Translations under genes and position numbers: made by a program
Shown here: piece after piece, positions 10,221 to 22,055 of the stretch
Position numbering within the stretch: position 1 is the first letter of the stretch
Layout of the letters: every line of letters begins with the position of its first letter
The notes under the pieces: model-generated
Databases searched by the model: none
What the model saw: only the letters and a program-made list of their open reading frames with translations
What the model was told of the DNA's origin: nothing
Source: Vicugna vicugna
Taxonomy: Eukaryota
Length of the DNA stretch: 64,000 nucleotides
NCBI GenBank assembly: GCA_013265495.1
Contig: MU061538.1
Coordinates: 558,001 to 622,000 of the forward strand
Direction of reading: 5' to 3'

Positions 10221-10926
10221 GAGGTGAACTCCCGGGCCATCGTGCTCCCACGTCTCGCAGCTCCTTTCAGGGGGAAAGTGCAGAGGTGCGACGTGCAGGG
10301 GTCTGGGCTGCGGGGCAGCCCCGCGTGGAGAGCGGCTCAGGTCCGCGGACTGTACCGGGGGACGTGCCTCGGAAGGCAGGCCGAGGGCCTTCCAGGGCGG
10401 CACCTCCCTGCAGTGTTACCGAGAGTATTAGCAAGACACCTCGAGCCGGGCTGGACTCGTTCCACTTCTGCTGCTGCTTTTAGCCACAGCGGCTCTGGCA
10501 CCCATTCAGCACCCCCCCTCCCGCCCGCTTGCTGGTTTGCATGCTGGGTCTGGGCACCTTGCTGTGTTATTTCCCTCCCACCTGCTAAGAGGAAGGGGCG
10601 AGCGCTCCGTTTTCCTTAAGGCAGTGAATTAGCTGCCCAGTGCTGGATATTGTTAAGTTTGAGAAACAGCAGCCATAAAGCGAGGGAAAAGTGATGCCTT
10701 CAACGTGCCCTCTGAAAACATGGCGGTCTGTGGTGCGCTGCTTGGAAGGGACTCTGGCGGCGGGTCCCAGGGCTGCGTGTCTGGGCTGCCCTCCGGCCAC
10801 TGCTTTGGTGCCCGCCCAGGGCTGTGCTGTGCGCAGCTTCACTTCTTAGGTTGCTGTTTGCAAAGGATGGTTTTCTGGAGCTCCTGAATCGCTGGGTACT
10901 CACATGCCCCCTCTCCCGTTCCGCAG

Positions 10927-11139
10927 AGAAGCAAACTCAGGCTCCTGCCTCATCAGGCAGAGCAGGACGACTCCGCCAAGTTCATCGTGCTCACCCTGGT
11001 CTCCATCGTGGCCGTCGTGGGGGTCCTCCTGGCGTCCAGCGTCTTCTACTGCCTGCGCCACAGCTCTCACCACAGGCTGAAAGAGAAGCTCTCGGGACTC
11101 GGGGGTGGCCCGGGCCCGGATGCGCCCAGCGCCTACCAG
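10927..11139 (+). CDS. PTPRN2: PTPRN2 transmembrane exon (human exon 13 equivalent), 213 nt, phase 0-0
   Basis: Acceptor ctctcccgttccgcag| and donor CAG|gtaaga. Translates [71 protein letters not shown], matching recalled human [71 protein letters not shown]. Confidence 0.98.
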
Positions 11140-14054
11140 GTAAGAGGTGCCTTTCCTCAGCGCTGCCTCAGGTGCACTTGTCCTGGAGCAGACGTTGGAC
11201 TCCCCTCCGGCCCCTCCCCCGGCCCCAGCAGTTCATTTATTCCTAGTTTGGGTTCTCCTGTGATGACGATATGAAACTTCTCATTAGCATTCATGTAAAT
11301 ACCTGGCAGCCAGTTTTCCTGCTTTATATTAATCTTATGCTGTTCTTGGATAGTCTCGTGTTAGCTGTGAAAGCGAGTTGCTAATTAGAAATGTGGGGGG
11401 AAGTGTACGCTACATGAATTATGTATTACTTGTGTCTTCCTTAGTTTGGCCAGTATTAATTTTAAAAAAGTCAGAGTTGCAAGATAAATTGGCTGTGTAG
11501 ATGTTTGAAGATGTCTCTGAAATCACTGACTTCCACGGGTCTTCTGTGCAAAGACCCTCCGACCTGCTCTGTTGCCGCCCTCACTAGTATTTGGATAAGT
11601 GAAGTAGAACGCTGATAAATGAAAAGTAAACCAATGGTGACTTCAGGAGAGCAGTGGGGGCAGCTGTGTCCTGGGGATTCGAGAGACCAGACGCACCTGG
11701 AAACACGCTGGACACCAATGAGAGTGGGAGGAAGGCAGGTTCAGACCAAACTGGACATTAAAAAAAATTGCAGAATGTGTGGAAGTTCTGCAGCAAACAC
11801 TTCAGTGTTAATAACATTCTGTAATGAAAACATACCTTTGGTTGTAACAGCAGTGCAAGCCTAGAAAATATCCAAGTTAGGGCATCTGATTTAACTTAAA
11901 ATATAATTTAACTCCAAGAACATTAATCACCATTTTTAAAGTTCAGTCAGTATATTTTGTAGAAGATTTTCTCCCATTGGAGTAGATTCTTTGTTTTCGC
12001 AAGTCACATGATTATGATGTGGAATATGTTATGTAAATAATGCATCATGTCTGACAGTCACATCTAAGTTAAATATTATCATTCTGTCATCCTAGTACAC
12101 CGCTGGGGGAGGGGGGCTCAAGCTCTTTCTAGAACCTGCCCCCGAGGTGTGGTGAGAGGTGCCCTCCAGGAGTTGTCTGAGAGCCACCCTGACCGTGTCT
12201 CACATAAGGAGCTGGGCTATATTTATAAAATTGCTCTGCTTAAAAGAGACCAGGAGAGAGCATTTTTTTTCCTGTTTCAAAATTCTTGGTGATGGTGTTG
12301 AATGAAGAAAACTCTAGTTTTCTGGAGGAGGTCACAAGCCTGGCCAGTATGATCTTTTCTTATAAAGAAACGGCAGCTTCAAATGTGTGGGAGATGGCAT
12401 TTCAGTCGCAGAGTGAGCTTAGCTTCAAAGCAAAAGAAAAATCACGTTTGAAGAAGAAGCCTGGGAAAAATGTCACATAAACTAGTAAGAAAGTAACCAG
12501 AAATCCTATTGAGCAGGGACCACCAGTGCAGGATGCCGGGTCTTCGGGGCCACGTCTGTGCCAGGACGTAAATAAATTATCACACCAGTTCTGTTCCGTG
12601 TGCAAGAGACGGGAGATCATACGGGGGTAGGTTTTTAGAAAGCATAGCATCCTTTGATACACTTTGAAATTCGAATATAAAATATTGATAGAGAGGGAAG
12701 GTTGGGCTTGAATGCAGAAACGGCTCATTCTGACAAAAGTGCATGTTGCAAATGCATACTTAGAACTGAGTTTGTGATAATTAACAGGAAAAAAAAGCTT
12801 CCCCGTGACAGCTCTAATTAATAGTATCTGTAATTAAAATCATGCCCTTCCAGCAGGAAAACTGTTTGAATTTCTTGGAGTGACCTTTACGCTGTCCCTC
12901 CTGGGGGCACGGTGGCTAAGTTGGTATTGATTTTATAATGAGCTCTGGTTTGTTTAATAAGAATCTGTAATCTAGACAATAAATGAAATGTGTGCTTTTC
13001 TTCAATCCAGACTAATAAAAAAGGGAGAAAGTACAGGGGAAAAAAAAACTTTTCCTTTAAAAATATGCAGGGAAATTTGGAAATGAGACTGTTGTAAAGA
13101 TTTTCTGGTGGGCTGCATTTTGAAATCAGCGCAGAAGACCTTTGGGGGTGCTGCTTGACTAGATGTGGAGGTTTGCAGCGTCAGAGAGGACCGTCCCCTG
13201 GTGAGAGCATGGTGGCTCTGGGCTGCTGTGTTATTTTGGCTTGGCTGAGCGGGGCACACTCAGCTAGTGAAGATGGGGGTTTCACGAGTTTTAGCTCTAA
13301 ATTTAGCTGAGTCATGGGTTAAGGAGGGTGAAAGGATAGTTCCACGTACAGGGGTTCATGTGCGCGGATGGAGCAGGTATCAGTTCATTGACGTGTCGGG
13401 ACCTTTCTAGAGCTGCCACAGACCCAAGTTTAAAAGTCTGCCTGAAAAGTTTTTTTGAGTGTTTCAAATGTAAAATAACAATTTGGGGAATAGTATCTTG
13501 TTGCTTCAATGCTTCACTTCAAGACATCGAACTTCCGCACTTCGCTAACTCTGTGACGCAGGGAGTCTGCAGACAGACCTCGTCACCCTTCTCAGCACTG
13601 GCCACGAGGAAGACCGAACAACTTGATACAATGCTTTCTTCCTTTTATGGAGATGTGATGGAAATATTCCATTCATTCTATAAAGGTTTCTGTGTAAGTT
13701 GGGGTAGAAGTTAAGTGACCTAGAGATGACAGAACGGTGGGTGCAGAGTCATAGTTTCAATGACATCAGAGTCCGAGGTCACCCTTTAAAGACAGAACTA
13801 ACGTTCTTACACGGGGAGAGTCGGTGGAGAGGGAGGCTCGGGGCTGGTGTTCTGGAGAAGGGACCGGCGCCTTCTTTCCAGAGAGTCAGCAGAGGACCCA
13901 CGTGTCCCGGTTACGTGGCACAGCAGTGGTGTCGTTGCAGGACTCTTCTAGCGGGAAGGCCTCCTCTGGTTGACCCTTCATAAAGCATGGGCCGACTTAG
14001 CCCTTAGATGTGCGCCTGCTAATATCCGCGCCCTGAAGTCACCGGCCGTGTGTG

Positions 14055-14288
14055 CAGGCCCCCGGTGTGTGCGTGGTCGGCGGTGTGGGGTGTGGGGGTC
14101 GCGGGCCCCCCGCCGTGCATGGTCAGTGATGTGGGGTGAGGGGCCACGGGCCCCCGGCCGTGCGTGGTCAGTGGTGTGGGGTGAGGGGCCGCGGGCCCCC
14201 GGCCGTGCATGGTCAGTGATGTGGGGTGAGGGGCCGCGGGCCCCCGGCCGTGCGTGGTCAGTGGTGTGGGGTGAGGGGCCGCGGGCCC
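14055..14288 (+). repeat. 45-bp GC-rich minisatellite, about 5 copies, alternating A/B variants
   Basis: Unit gtggggtgaggggccgcgggcccccggccgtgc(a/g)tggtcagtg(a/g)t starts at 14085, 14131, 14176, 14221 and 14266 (partial). Confidence 0.95.
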
Positions 14289-15457
14289 ACGGAACCCTCC
14301 TGAGTAATCGTGGGCTTTCCTTAAGTTGTTTCAACACAGTGAGCAGTTTGCAGTATTAGCTTCTCATGCAAACATGTTTACACCTTTTTCCGTTTCTCCC
14401 TGAAAATAGAACTACTTCAGAGACAGAGCTAGCATTTCAAAGTTTTCTTGGTTTACACGTGTGAGTGTGCGGGTTTTGTTTGCTTTGCCTACTGGGAAAT
14501 CAGAGCTCCCTGGGTAGACGCTTGCACTTAAGCACTTAAGGAGCCGCCAGTCTCGCCAGGTTACCTGTGGACGTTCAGCTTGCTCACACGTGCCAGGGTC
14601 AGGTGTGTTAACTTTCTGAAGAACTGAAACCCACTTTTAAAGCTCATGTTTCAGTGGAATACCGCCACCAAACTTTCCCCCATTGCTTTAGTGAATGTTA
14701 TGTTTTCCTCCTAAGCAGATAAACATAATATGTTTGGTTAAACCTGTACTTCATTATTGAAAAAGCTAGGTTCTTTGCTTTTGGGCTTTCTCCCCCGAGT
14801 TGGCGTGTCACGCCGCATCCGTGTTACCTGCGCTCGTGAGCGCGCACGGAGGTGGCGCGTGCGCACCGGGCTGTGGTGCTGGGTGAGCAGCGCGCTGTGC
14901 CCGTTTGCCGGGAGGTGTCCCACTTCTGCGGACGGTGATTGGGCAAAACTGTGCAGAAACAAGTCGTTAGATGGTTAGAAGACGTTCCCCGCCTTTTCCT
15001 CTCCGAGCCTCTTTGAATGTTGCATGTGTGTCTCTGAAGCTTTGATCATCTCAGAGCAGCAGCTTGCACATCCTGCCGGCCCCCTCCCTTCCCGCGCCGG
15101 GCAGAGGCTGCTTCGGAATTTTCGCAGGGCCTCTTTTGATAGTTTATTCCACGGTACCCAGCAGGCTCCCTTGTTTTTGGAGGCTCTGGAGCCAGACCTG
15201 GAGGAGGGGCGGCGGTGGGCGCAGGACCTGTAAACAGCCACCCAGCGCCCCTGCCGTGGCTGGAAGCTGCTGCCCCGATGCTCCAGCGCCTGACCGCTCA
15301 CCTGCGAGCCAGGGGGGCTGGGCTGGCCGCGGGGACGTGCCCCAGGCTGGCTTTGCTCCTGGCTTTTGAATTGGGGGCCTTCTCCTGGCTGCACTGACTC
15401 TTGTCTGCCGGGTGTATCGCTGGTCGCAGAAACGTTTCCCCATTCGGGCGAAAACCT

Positions 15458-15467
15458 GTGACGTCAC
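15458..15467. promoter_or_regulatory. Perfect palindromic CRE (GTGACGTCAC)
   Basis: Exact TGACGTCA at 15459-15466 in a CpG-rich patch. Motif only. Confidence 0.45.
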
Positions 15468-17693
15468 TTGCGGCTTCGTTGATCCCACCGCAGGTTCCCA
15501 CGCCGGCCCTTCCTGTCTTGGTTGGCTGTGTGTCTTACAGGGCCTTTGCTTTGCTTTATGTCTAAATTTTCGAGTCAGAAGAATTTTTTTTTTTTTGGTG
15601 AGTTTCCGGTAAGCAGAATCTATCCTGCTTCAAAAATGAAACGCTGCCCCAAAATACTACCCAGCACCGTCTCCGTGTGCTGCCACCACGTCAAGCTGGA
15701 GAGCTGGGTTAGAGTTGTGCAGATTCTGCCTTTGCGGGAGGAGCTGACAGCACCAGTGTCTGCAGGTGGACTTCCCCGGAAACTCTCCAGGTTCCGGCTG
15801 CTTTTGCAGGTGTGCGTGTTCCGTCTGGTCAGGTAGCAGCCAGGTGGCCTTCCTGTGCTCTGCGACCCCAGAACAGGCCTGGGCTCCCCTACACACAGTC
15901 AGTGCCACGTTGCTATCCGGGGGGTGCTCCTAGAGGCAGCCTTGGGAGAACCAAGGAAAACTTGCTCACCTTGTCAGTGAGGAGAGCGAAGGGACCCGTC
16001 AGCCCTGGGGGTGTCCGGGCCTGCTTTTCGCATCTGCGTTTGGTGTCAGGTGATCAGTATCAGAGCTGACAAGCTCGGCTGAACCTTCCAGAGATCTTTC
16101 CACTCTGGGTCCGGGCATGTTTCTGGAAGACGTGAATTTGTAGCATGTTTTCCTCCTAAATCTTAAATTTTCCAGCACGCAGTTTCCAAAAGCAGCAACG
16201 ACTCTCTCCTTCTCTGGTTCCTGTGCAACGTGTTTCCTCAAAAATAGCTCCTGAGATTTGGAAATAGATCTTCCAGGGGAGGCTGAAGTCTGGAACGACT
16301 GCCAGGGAAATGGCTAAGCATACAAAGGAAACATGTTGCCACCCTAATATAGCCAGTCACTCCCCCGATCAGACAGAGATAATTGGCTCAGACTTAATTA
16401 AAAATAACAGGCCACTCAATGAGATATTTGGAAATGAAAGATTGGAACGTCTAATGCTGAGAAGCCCGGGGCCTGGAGTCCGTGGCTTCCTCCGGATGCT
16501 GAGTTACTTGCGCTGATCTGTTTGCGTTTTCGTGGCGTGGCCGTGCGTCTGGGTTTGACGTGGAGACCTGTTTCTCAAGGAAGGCCAGGAAGCTGGGAAG
16601 CGTCTTCCCTCTTCTGTGTCTGTGCCGGGGGCTTCTCCTGGGTTCTCTCGTCCTGTCCTAGAATGACCAAAGGGAGCACATGTCCCTGAGCGGGAGCTCC
16701 GTGTGCTCACTCGGCTGCCAGGTGAGGGCGGTGTGGGAGGTGGGCAGGACAGGTGCCCCATTTACTCTGCTTCCGTCCGGGGCATGTTCTAGTCTGCTTA
16801 CCCGGCTCACTGTCTGAGTCAGAGAGCACTTCCATCCTGCCAAAGCCAGAGGGGCGCGTCTGATGGCGCCCTGCACCCAGGAAGGCTCTCTGAGCCCCCC
16901 GCCCTGGTGCCCTCATCCTCAGCCACCAGCTCCTGTGAATGATGCCCACAAAGGGGCTTTGAAAGCCTTGCCTGGCCACGCCATGTGGCCACTCCCAGCA
17001 GTCAGGGCCGCCTTATACACGTGGAGAAAGGGCATAGGAGAAGGTGTGACTTGTCCCCGGCCTGCGGGGGAGGGGGCAGAGCTGAACTGGGCATTTCAGC
17101 CCCAGACGCCCAGAGAGTGGGCCCGCTGGCTGGGGACCCTCAGCAGACGGGACAGGACCTTCTCTGGTCTCAAGCTCTGGCGGCCCCTCCCCCCCCACCC
17201 TCCTCGTGGTGACAGGCGCTGCAGGAGACTCAGGAAAGACTGACACCACGTCTCTGCTCTTGATAATTTCAAGTAGCCAAGGCGTTTGCCATAAAACCAC
17301 GTGAAGCCCAGTGAGCAGCACAAGAAGCCAGCGATGGTGAAGAGGTGGCTAGTGTGGTACGGAAATCAGATAGGTTCAGGGTCACAGGGAGGAGACCTGA
17401 GCCCGCAGGTGGATGGAGGCTGCATGGGGGCCCCGGGAAGGAGGGACCTGTGGGTAGATGGGGGGACAGACATTCCAGGCGAGAGGATGGACTCAGGCAC
17501 TGGGGGTCCTCACCACTGGGCGACAGACTCCACCAGGACAGGCCTAGGGAGCAGGGACCGGAGGCAGGAAAGCTGGGAGCGGCTGCAGAGACCATGCAAG
17601 GACCCCTGCCGAGATCCCAGGCAGCCTTGCAAACCCAGGCATCGGCACCAAGGACCACGGTGTCCTCTGAGGATTTCAGCTCTCCATGGGGCT

Positions 17694-17976
17694 GGCAGTG
17701 GCTCGTGGACAAGGCCCTTTAGTCTCCCTCACATGTGGCACTGACAGTGGCTCCGTGGACAAGGCTTTAGTCTCCCTCACATCTGGCACTGACAGTGGCT
17801 CCGTGGACAAGGCTTTAGTCTCCCTCACATCTGGCACTGACAGTGGCTCCGTGGACAAGGCTTTAGTCTCCCTCACATCTGGCACTGACAGTGGCTCCGT
17901 GGACAAGGCTTTAGTCTCCCCTACATATGGTGCTGACAGTGGCTCCATGGACAAGGCCCTTAGTCTCCCCCAACAT
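17694..17976 (+). repeat. 48-bp minisatellite, about 5.8 copies
   Basis: Unit gacagtggctccgtggacaaggctttagtctccctcacatctggcact is identical at 17743, 17791 and 17839, with diverged copies at 17695, 17887 and 17935. Confidence 0.97.
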
Positions 17977-19899
17977 TCTTCCTTCTGAGTCTCTTTCCCT
18001 CTTGTTGTGCTTTTTGCTTGTTAACTCTTTCTTTCCCGCTATTTGGACCCATGGAAGAGCCCGTGAAGCCCCCTGTCCTGGTGGCACCAGCCAGAGCCTG
18101 GGCCTGGCACCTCTCACAGCCCTGCCCTCCTCGCCACAACACAGGCAGGAAAGGGCTGGGTGCCCTTCACGGCGCTCTTGGAGGTCAGAGAAGGTCGTGG
18201 GGGTGTTGGCTCATTTCAGTTCGAAATCCTGTTTGAGGACCTGTTGCTTGTGGGGATCACGGGCTCCCAGCGGTCTTTGTTGTGGGGGCTCATCCGGACG
18301 GCTTGGCTCTGGGCCCCCAGTGTGTGCTTCTCACTCGCCTGCCTTTGTGGGGGTGCTCTCAGCCTTGGGCCCTGATCCAGAGACCTGGGCACATTTTCTC
18401 AAGCAAAACTTAGGGCAGCCAGGCTGCGGAGGAAGCAGCCGGAGACCCAGACGGTCGTGTAAAGTCGAGGACACTCTGAGGAAGGCATCTGGCGAGGTGC
18501 GGGTGTGAAGACAGGGTTCCGGCGACACTGTGGCTTCCGGGAAGGGGGTCTTCTTCACCGTCCGTCCAGGGCCAGAGGTCAGCCAAGTCAGCCCTCGGTT
18601 GCCCTCTGGAGGAAGATGGACCCGGGGTGTAGACTGGGGCCCGGGCCACCTCCAGTCCCCTCACCCACCCCACCCAGGACATATGTCTCTCCTGTCACAC
18701 CAGGGCTGGGCTCGGGCGGTCCTGGGACGAGAGGGACGTGGCGGCTGCGCGGGCAGGTGCGCTTGGGGACCGGCTGCAATGGGACTGCTTCTCAGAGAGG
18801 CGAAGCCGCCCTGACATCAGGTGTGTGTGGGGAGGAGAAGCTTGAGAGAGTAAAGGGAAGTGTGAAAGATGGGTTAGACAGGGGTTTAGACCAAAACAGC
18901 CACGGGGGGAGAGGGAGCAGGACTTCTCCAGGGCAGGCTGTCGGAGGGCCAGCAGAAGTGGCAGCGGTGGTCCGCACCGAGTGCAACAGCCCCTTCTTGC
19001 GGGGGGGGGGGTCGTGTCTCTGTGGAGAGGGCGGGGTGGCCATGCAGGGCCCTCTTCGACCAGAGCCCAGCTCTCTGCACGCCGCCTCCCCCGGGGACAG
19101 CCTCCGTCTGGCGGCTGTGAGCAGACCCCGTGGGCCCGCACAGCACCCGCAGCGGGAGGCTCGGGCTGGCCCTGAGGTCGTCCACCCTGATGCGCCCTCG
19201 GTGGGCACCGGAGGACGTCTCCATGCTGAGTGGCATTATCTGCAGTGAAATGCATCAGCCTGTCAAGAATGGCCAAGACCAGCTCTTAACCCGACACGTA
19301 CCCGGCATCGAAGAGGGGCGATTACAGAAGGTGCAGAGTGAGGAACAGCCGCTCGGGGGTGGCCCAGGCTGTCGGAGGCACATGGGAGCTGCGTATTTCG
19401 AGGGGAGAGAGTGCTAGGAAGGCAAACCGGTCAAACCCAGGGGAATCGGCAGGGGACAGCAGTTTCCAAATGTCAGAGGAGGCACATTCAGGGACGTGAC
19501 AGAGGACGACGGGCCCCAGCACGAGTCCCCGACACAGAGCAGTCGGCCCGGCGGCCGCCCCCTGCCCGGGGCACTGGGCGCTGGCGTCACCCTCCCCAGG
19601 GCCCCAGGCCCCTTTGGGCTTGCAGTTCTCCGTGGCTGCCAGCCGTGGCCGCCCCTCGCCTTCCCAGCCGTGGCTTCAGCTGCTGTGGGCGCGGAGTTCT
19701 GCTTGAGGGCCTGGCCTGTGTGTGGCTCCGCGCGGGTCACCCTGGAGGCACAGGCACCTCAGAGAGCCTGGGGAAGACTGCGCGGCTGAACTGAGAACTC
19801 TTCCAGAACACCCTTTCTCTAGAAAGCTTATTTCTCATGGCGATAGAGTCACATCTTCTGAAACAACGGGGGCAAGAGAACTTTACACCTCATCAGAGC

Positions 19900-20215
19900 G
19901 TGACGGTCGGGCCGGTTCGCACTGGTGCTAAGCACGCGCCTGAGACAGGCAGCTCTGTGGTGGCCCACAGGGAGCCTGGGAAGGTCAGGGAGGGCTTCCC
20001 AGAGGAGGTGGGGAAGGGGGCTCAGAGGGCGAGAAACACAGGCAGGTGCCCGGGGGAAGATGGAACCGATGCCGCCGTAAGTCTGGGTGGCAGACGGAGA
20101 AGTCTTCTTGGAGCTGAAGCTCACGCCGAGGAGAGAGAGACGTTTGGGAAGAGCTGAGCCCAGGTCTGGGAGGGTCTTGGATGCACAGATGAAACGGAGG
20201 GAACTCCAGGAACCA
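19900..20215 (-). mobile_element. L2 LINE 3' fragment
   Basis: ggaaggtcagggagggcttcccagaggaggtg and gcccaggtctgggagggtcttgg resemble the recalled antisense L2 consensus. Confidence 0.6.
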
Positions 20216-22005
20216 GGCGGAGAGTCCTCTTACTTGTGCCAGGCCAGTCTGTGCCGGCCTTCGTCGTTCTTCAGGAGGGCCACAGCCACGGTGAGAGACA
20301 CCACGGAACAGCGTTTCTCTTCTGCGTCGAACCGGCTGTTCTTAAGTCTGCACGGGGGTGTTCTTCTTTGGGAATCTGGGGGTCGTTTTTCCGTCAGCAA
20401 GAGCGAGACACTCACCGGAGGCCCTCCGGTGCGGGCGGCGACAGTTGTGAAAAAGTATGCTCTTCAGACTTGTGAGCGTGAAGAAGAAAGCAGGCGTCAA
20501 AGGAAGGCTCTGTGTGTGTGTGTCTGTGTTTAGGGTTATTTGGAGAATATCCAGGCGGTTACATTGGCAAGCAAGGCCAGATGTTTTAACCCGCACAGCT
20601 CCGTGGTGTTGAAGGGAGGGAGGGACAGGCAGGCAGGTTTACCCCTGGGTTGACTTTGTGACGTTTAATCGCAAGTCAGGTAGCTGCCGGGTTGTTTGTG
20701 CACGCAGGGTGTTAGTGTCAGTGTGAAGCTACGTGTAAACCCTCTAATTAAAGTTTAAAATTTTGGGTTTGCTTATAGGTGAGCACTTTATCATTTGCAT
20801 TTTTTTGTAAAGACAGTGAAGCCAGGGAATAACCAGGAGGGGAGTGTTCCCAGCATCAGCTCTCCCATAAACGCGCAACACACCCCCTGTGACTGGAGCC
20901 CGAGGTGCTCCTGCAGGAGGAACCAAAACACGGACTGGTGTGTGAAACGTAACAACCCGCTGGAGGGGAGTCATGCCTAGATCACGTGCTGCAGGATTTT
21001 CTCCCCCCACCCCGGCTTTCTCATCCTCTGCCACATTCAAAGAGAAGAAAAATACTGAGTTAAGTGGCCCCAAAATTTGAAATTGAAATGTGAGGGGGGA
21101 AACTGGGCAAAAACCCCAGCCGCTCTGGAACTGTGTCTCTTCTGACCTTGGACCCCGCGTTTCCCAGTGATGGCGGTGACACGGGCGTTTTAATTCTGCG
21201 CTGGCTCCTCGGCTCCTGGGAGCCCCTTGTCCAGAGGTGGGTTTCTTTGGCACACCTTGAGTCTGCAGGTTTCAAATCAACTCCAAGCAGGGCAGCAAAC
21301 AGAGCTGAGGCCCTGCGTGTGACAAATGGCCCTTGTCCCCCGGCCAGCAGTGTCCCAGGTATCCACTTGCTCTCGGATCCTCTCCGGGCACCTCCTCCCA
21401 GCCCTCAAAGCCCTTCCGGCCTGAGATGCAGGACACCCCCTAGCTGGCTTGACTCGAAGGCCGATGCAGACGCCCATGTCCCGTGGGAGCTCCGCCCCGC
21501 TCCCTCTGGGCGGGAGGTGGCGGCTTTCAGAAGCTCCCGCAGGCTCAGAGGGCAGAGCCTGCCCTGCTCAGCTGCAGAGATGGAGCAGAGACAGACCAGG
21601 AGTGACTTGGCCGCGGCCACCAGCGCGTCAGCGGCAGAGCCACCAGACCCATTGTCAGAGATCCGTGTGCCCCGCAGCCGGTTGCAGTTCCCAGCAGATC
21701 TCCGGGGAGGCACTGGGCCCCGTGACGTGCCATTTCTGAGACCAGAGGGACAGCTGCTTCCGTGACGCCACCGCCCCGCCCCCACCCCGGCCCTGCCCTT
21801 TGGCCTGATAGGCGCTGGATGCAGAGTGGGACTGTGAATCCCTTTTGTGCTCCTGGCCGGCTCCTCCTCAGCCCAGGGAGGTCCCCTGTGCGCCCCTGCC
21901 TCTGGGCCTTTGTGCAGCCCTCGCTTCCCACCCTGAAAGCCCTCCAGCCCTGCTTTATCCGCAGAGCAACCCATCTGTCAGCTGGCCCAGACCCCCTCTC
22001 CGCCC

Positions 22006-22055
22006 GCCTCCCGGCCCGGAACAGGGGCCTCCCGGCCCGGCACAGGGCCCTCCCG
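22006..22055 (+). repeat. 21-bp tandem repeat, about 2.4 copies
   Basis: gcctcccggcccggaacaggg gcctcccggcccggcacaggg ccctcccg. Confidence 0.85.

Larger units (their letters stand above)
7750..10420. promoter_or_regulatory. Intragenic CpG island, part B
   Basis: Dense CpG, perfect Sp1 10-mer GGGGCGGGGC at 8085-8094, NRF1-like GCATGCG/ATGCGCA near 8450 and 8680. Boundaries are by eye. Confidence 0.8.

Noticed and set aside
1-10420. Nested homeobox or bHLH gene or pseudogene in the island
   Set aside because: No WFQNRR-like or bHLH basic-region motif in any frame. RREANH near 1740 is a superficial resemblance ending at a stop.
17694-17976. CRISPR-like array, repeat protein (DSGSVDKALVSLTSGT)n, or REST/RE1 array
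   Set aside because: Head-to-tail repeats with no spacers in a mammalian intron. The frame is open only because 48 is divisible by 3. The RE1 match (GCTCCGTGGACA) is partial in both halves.
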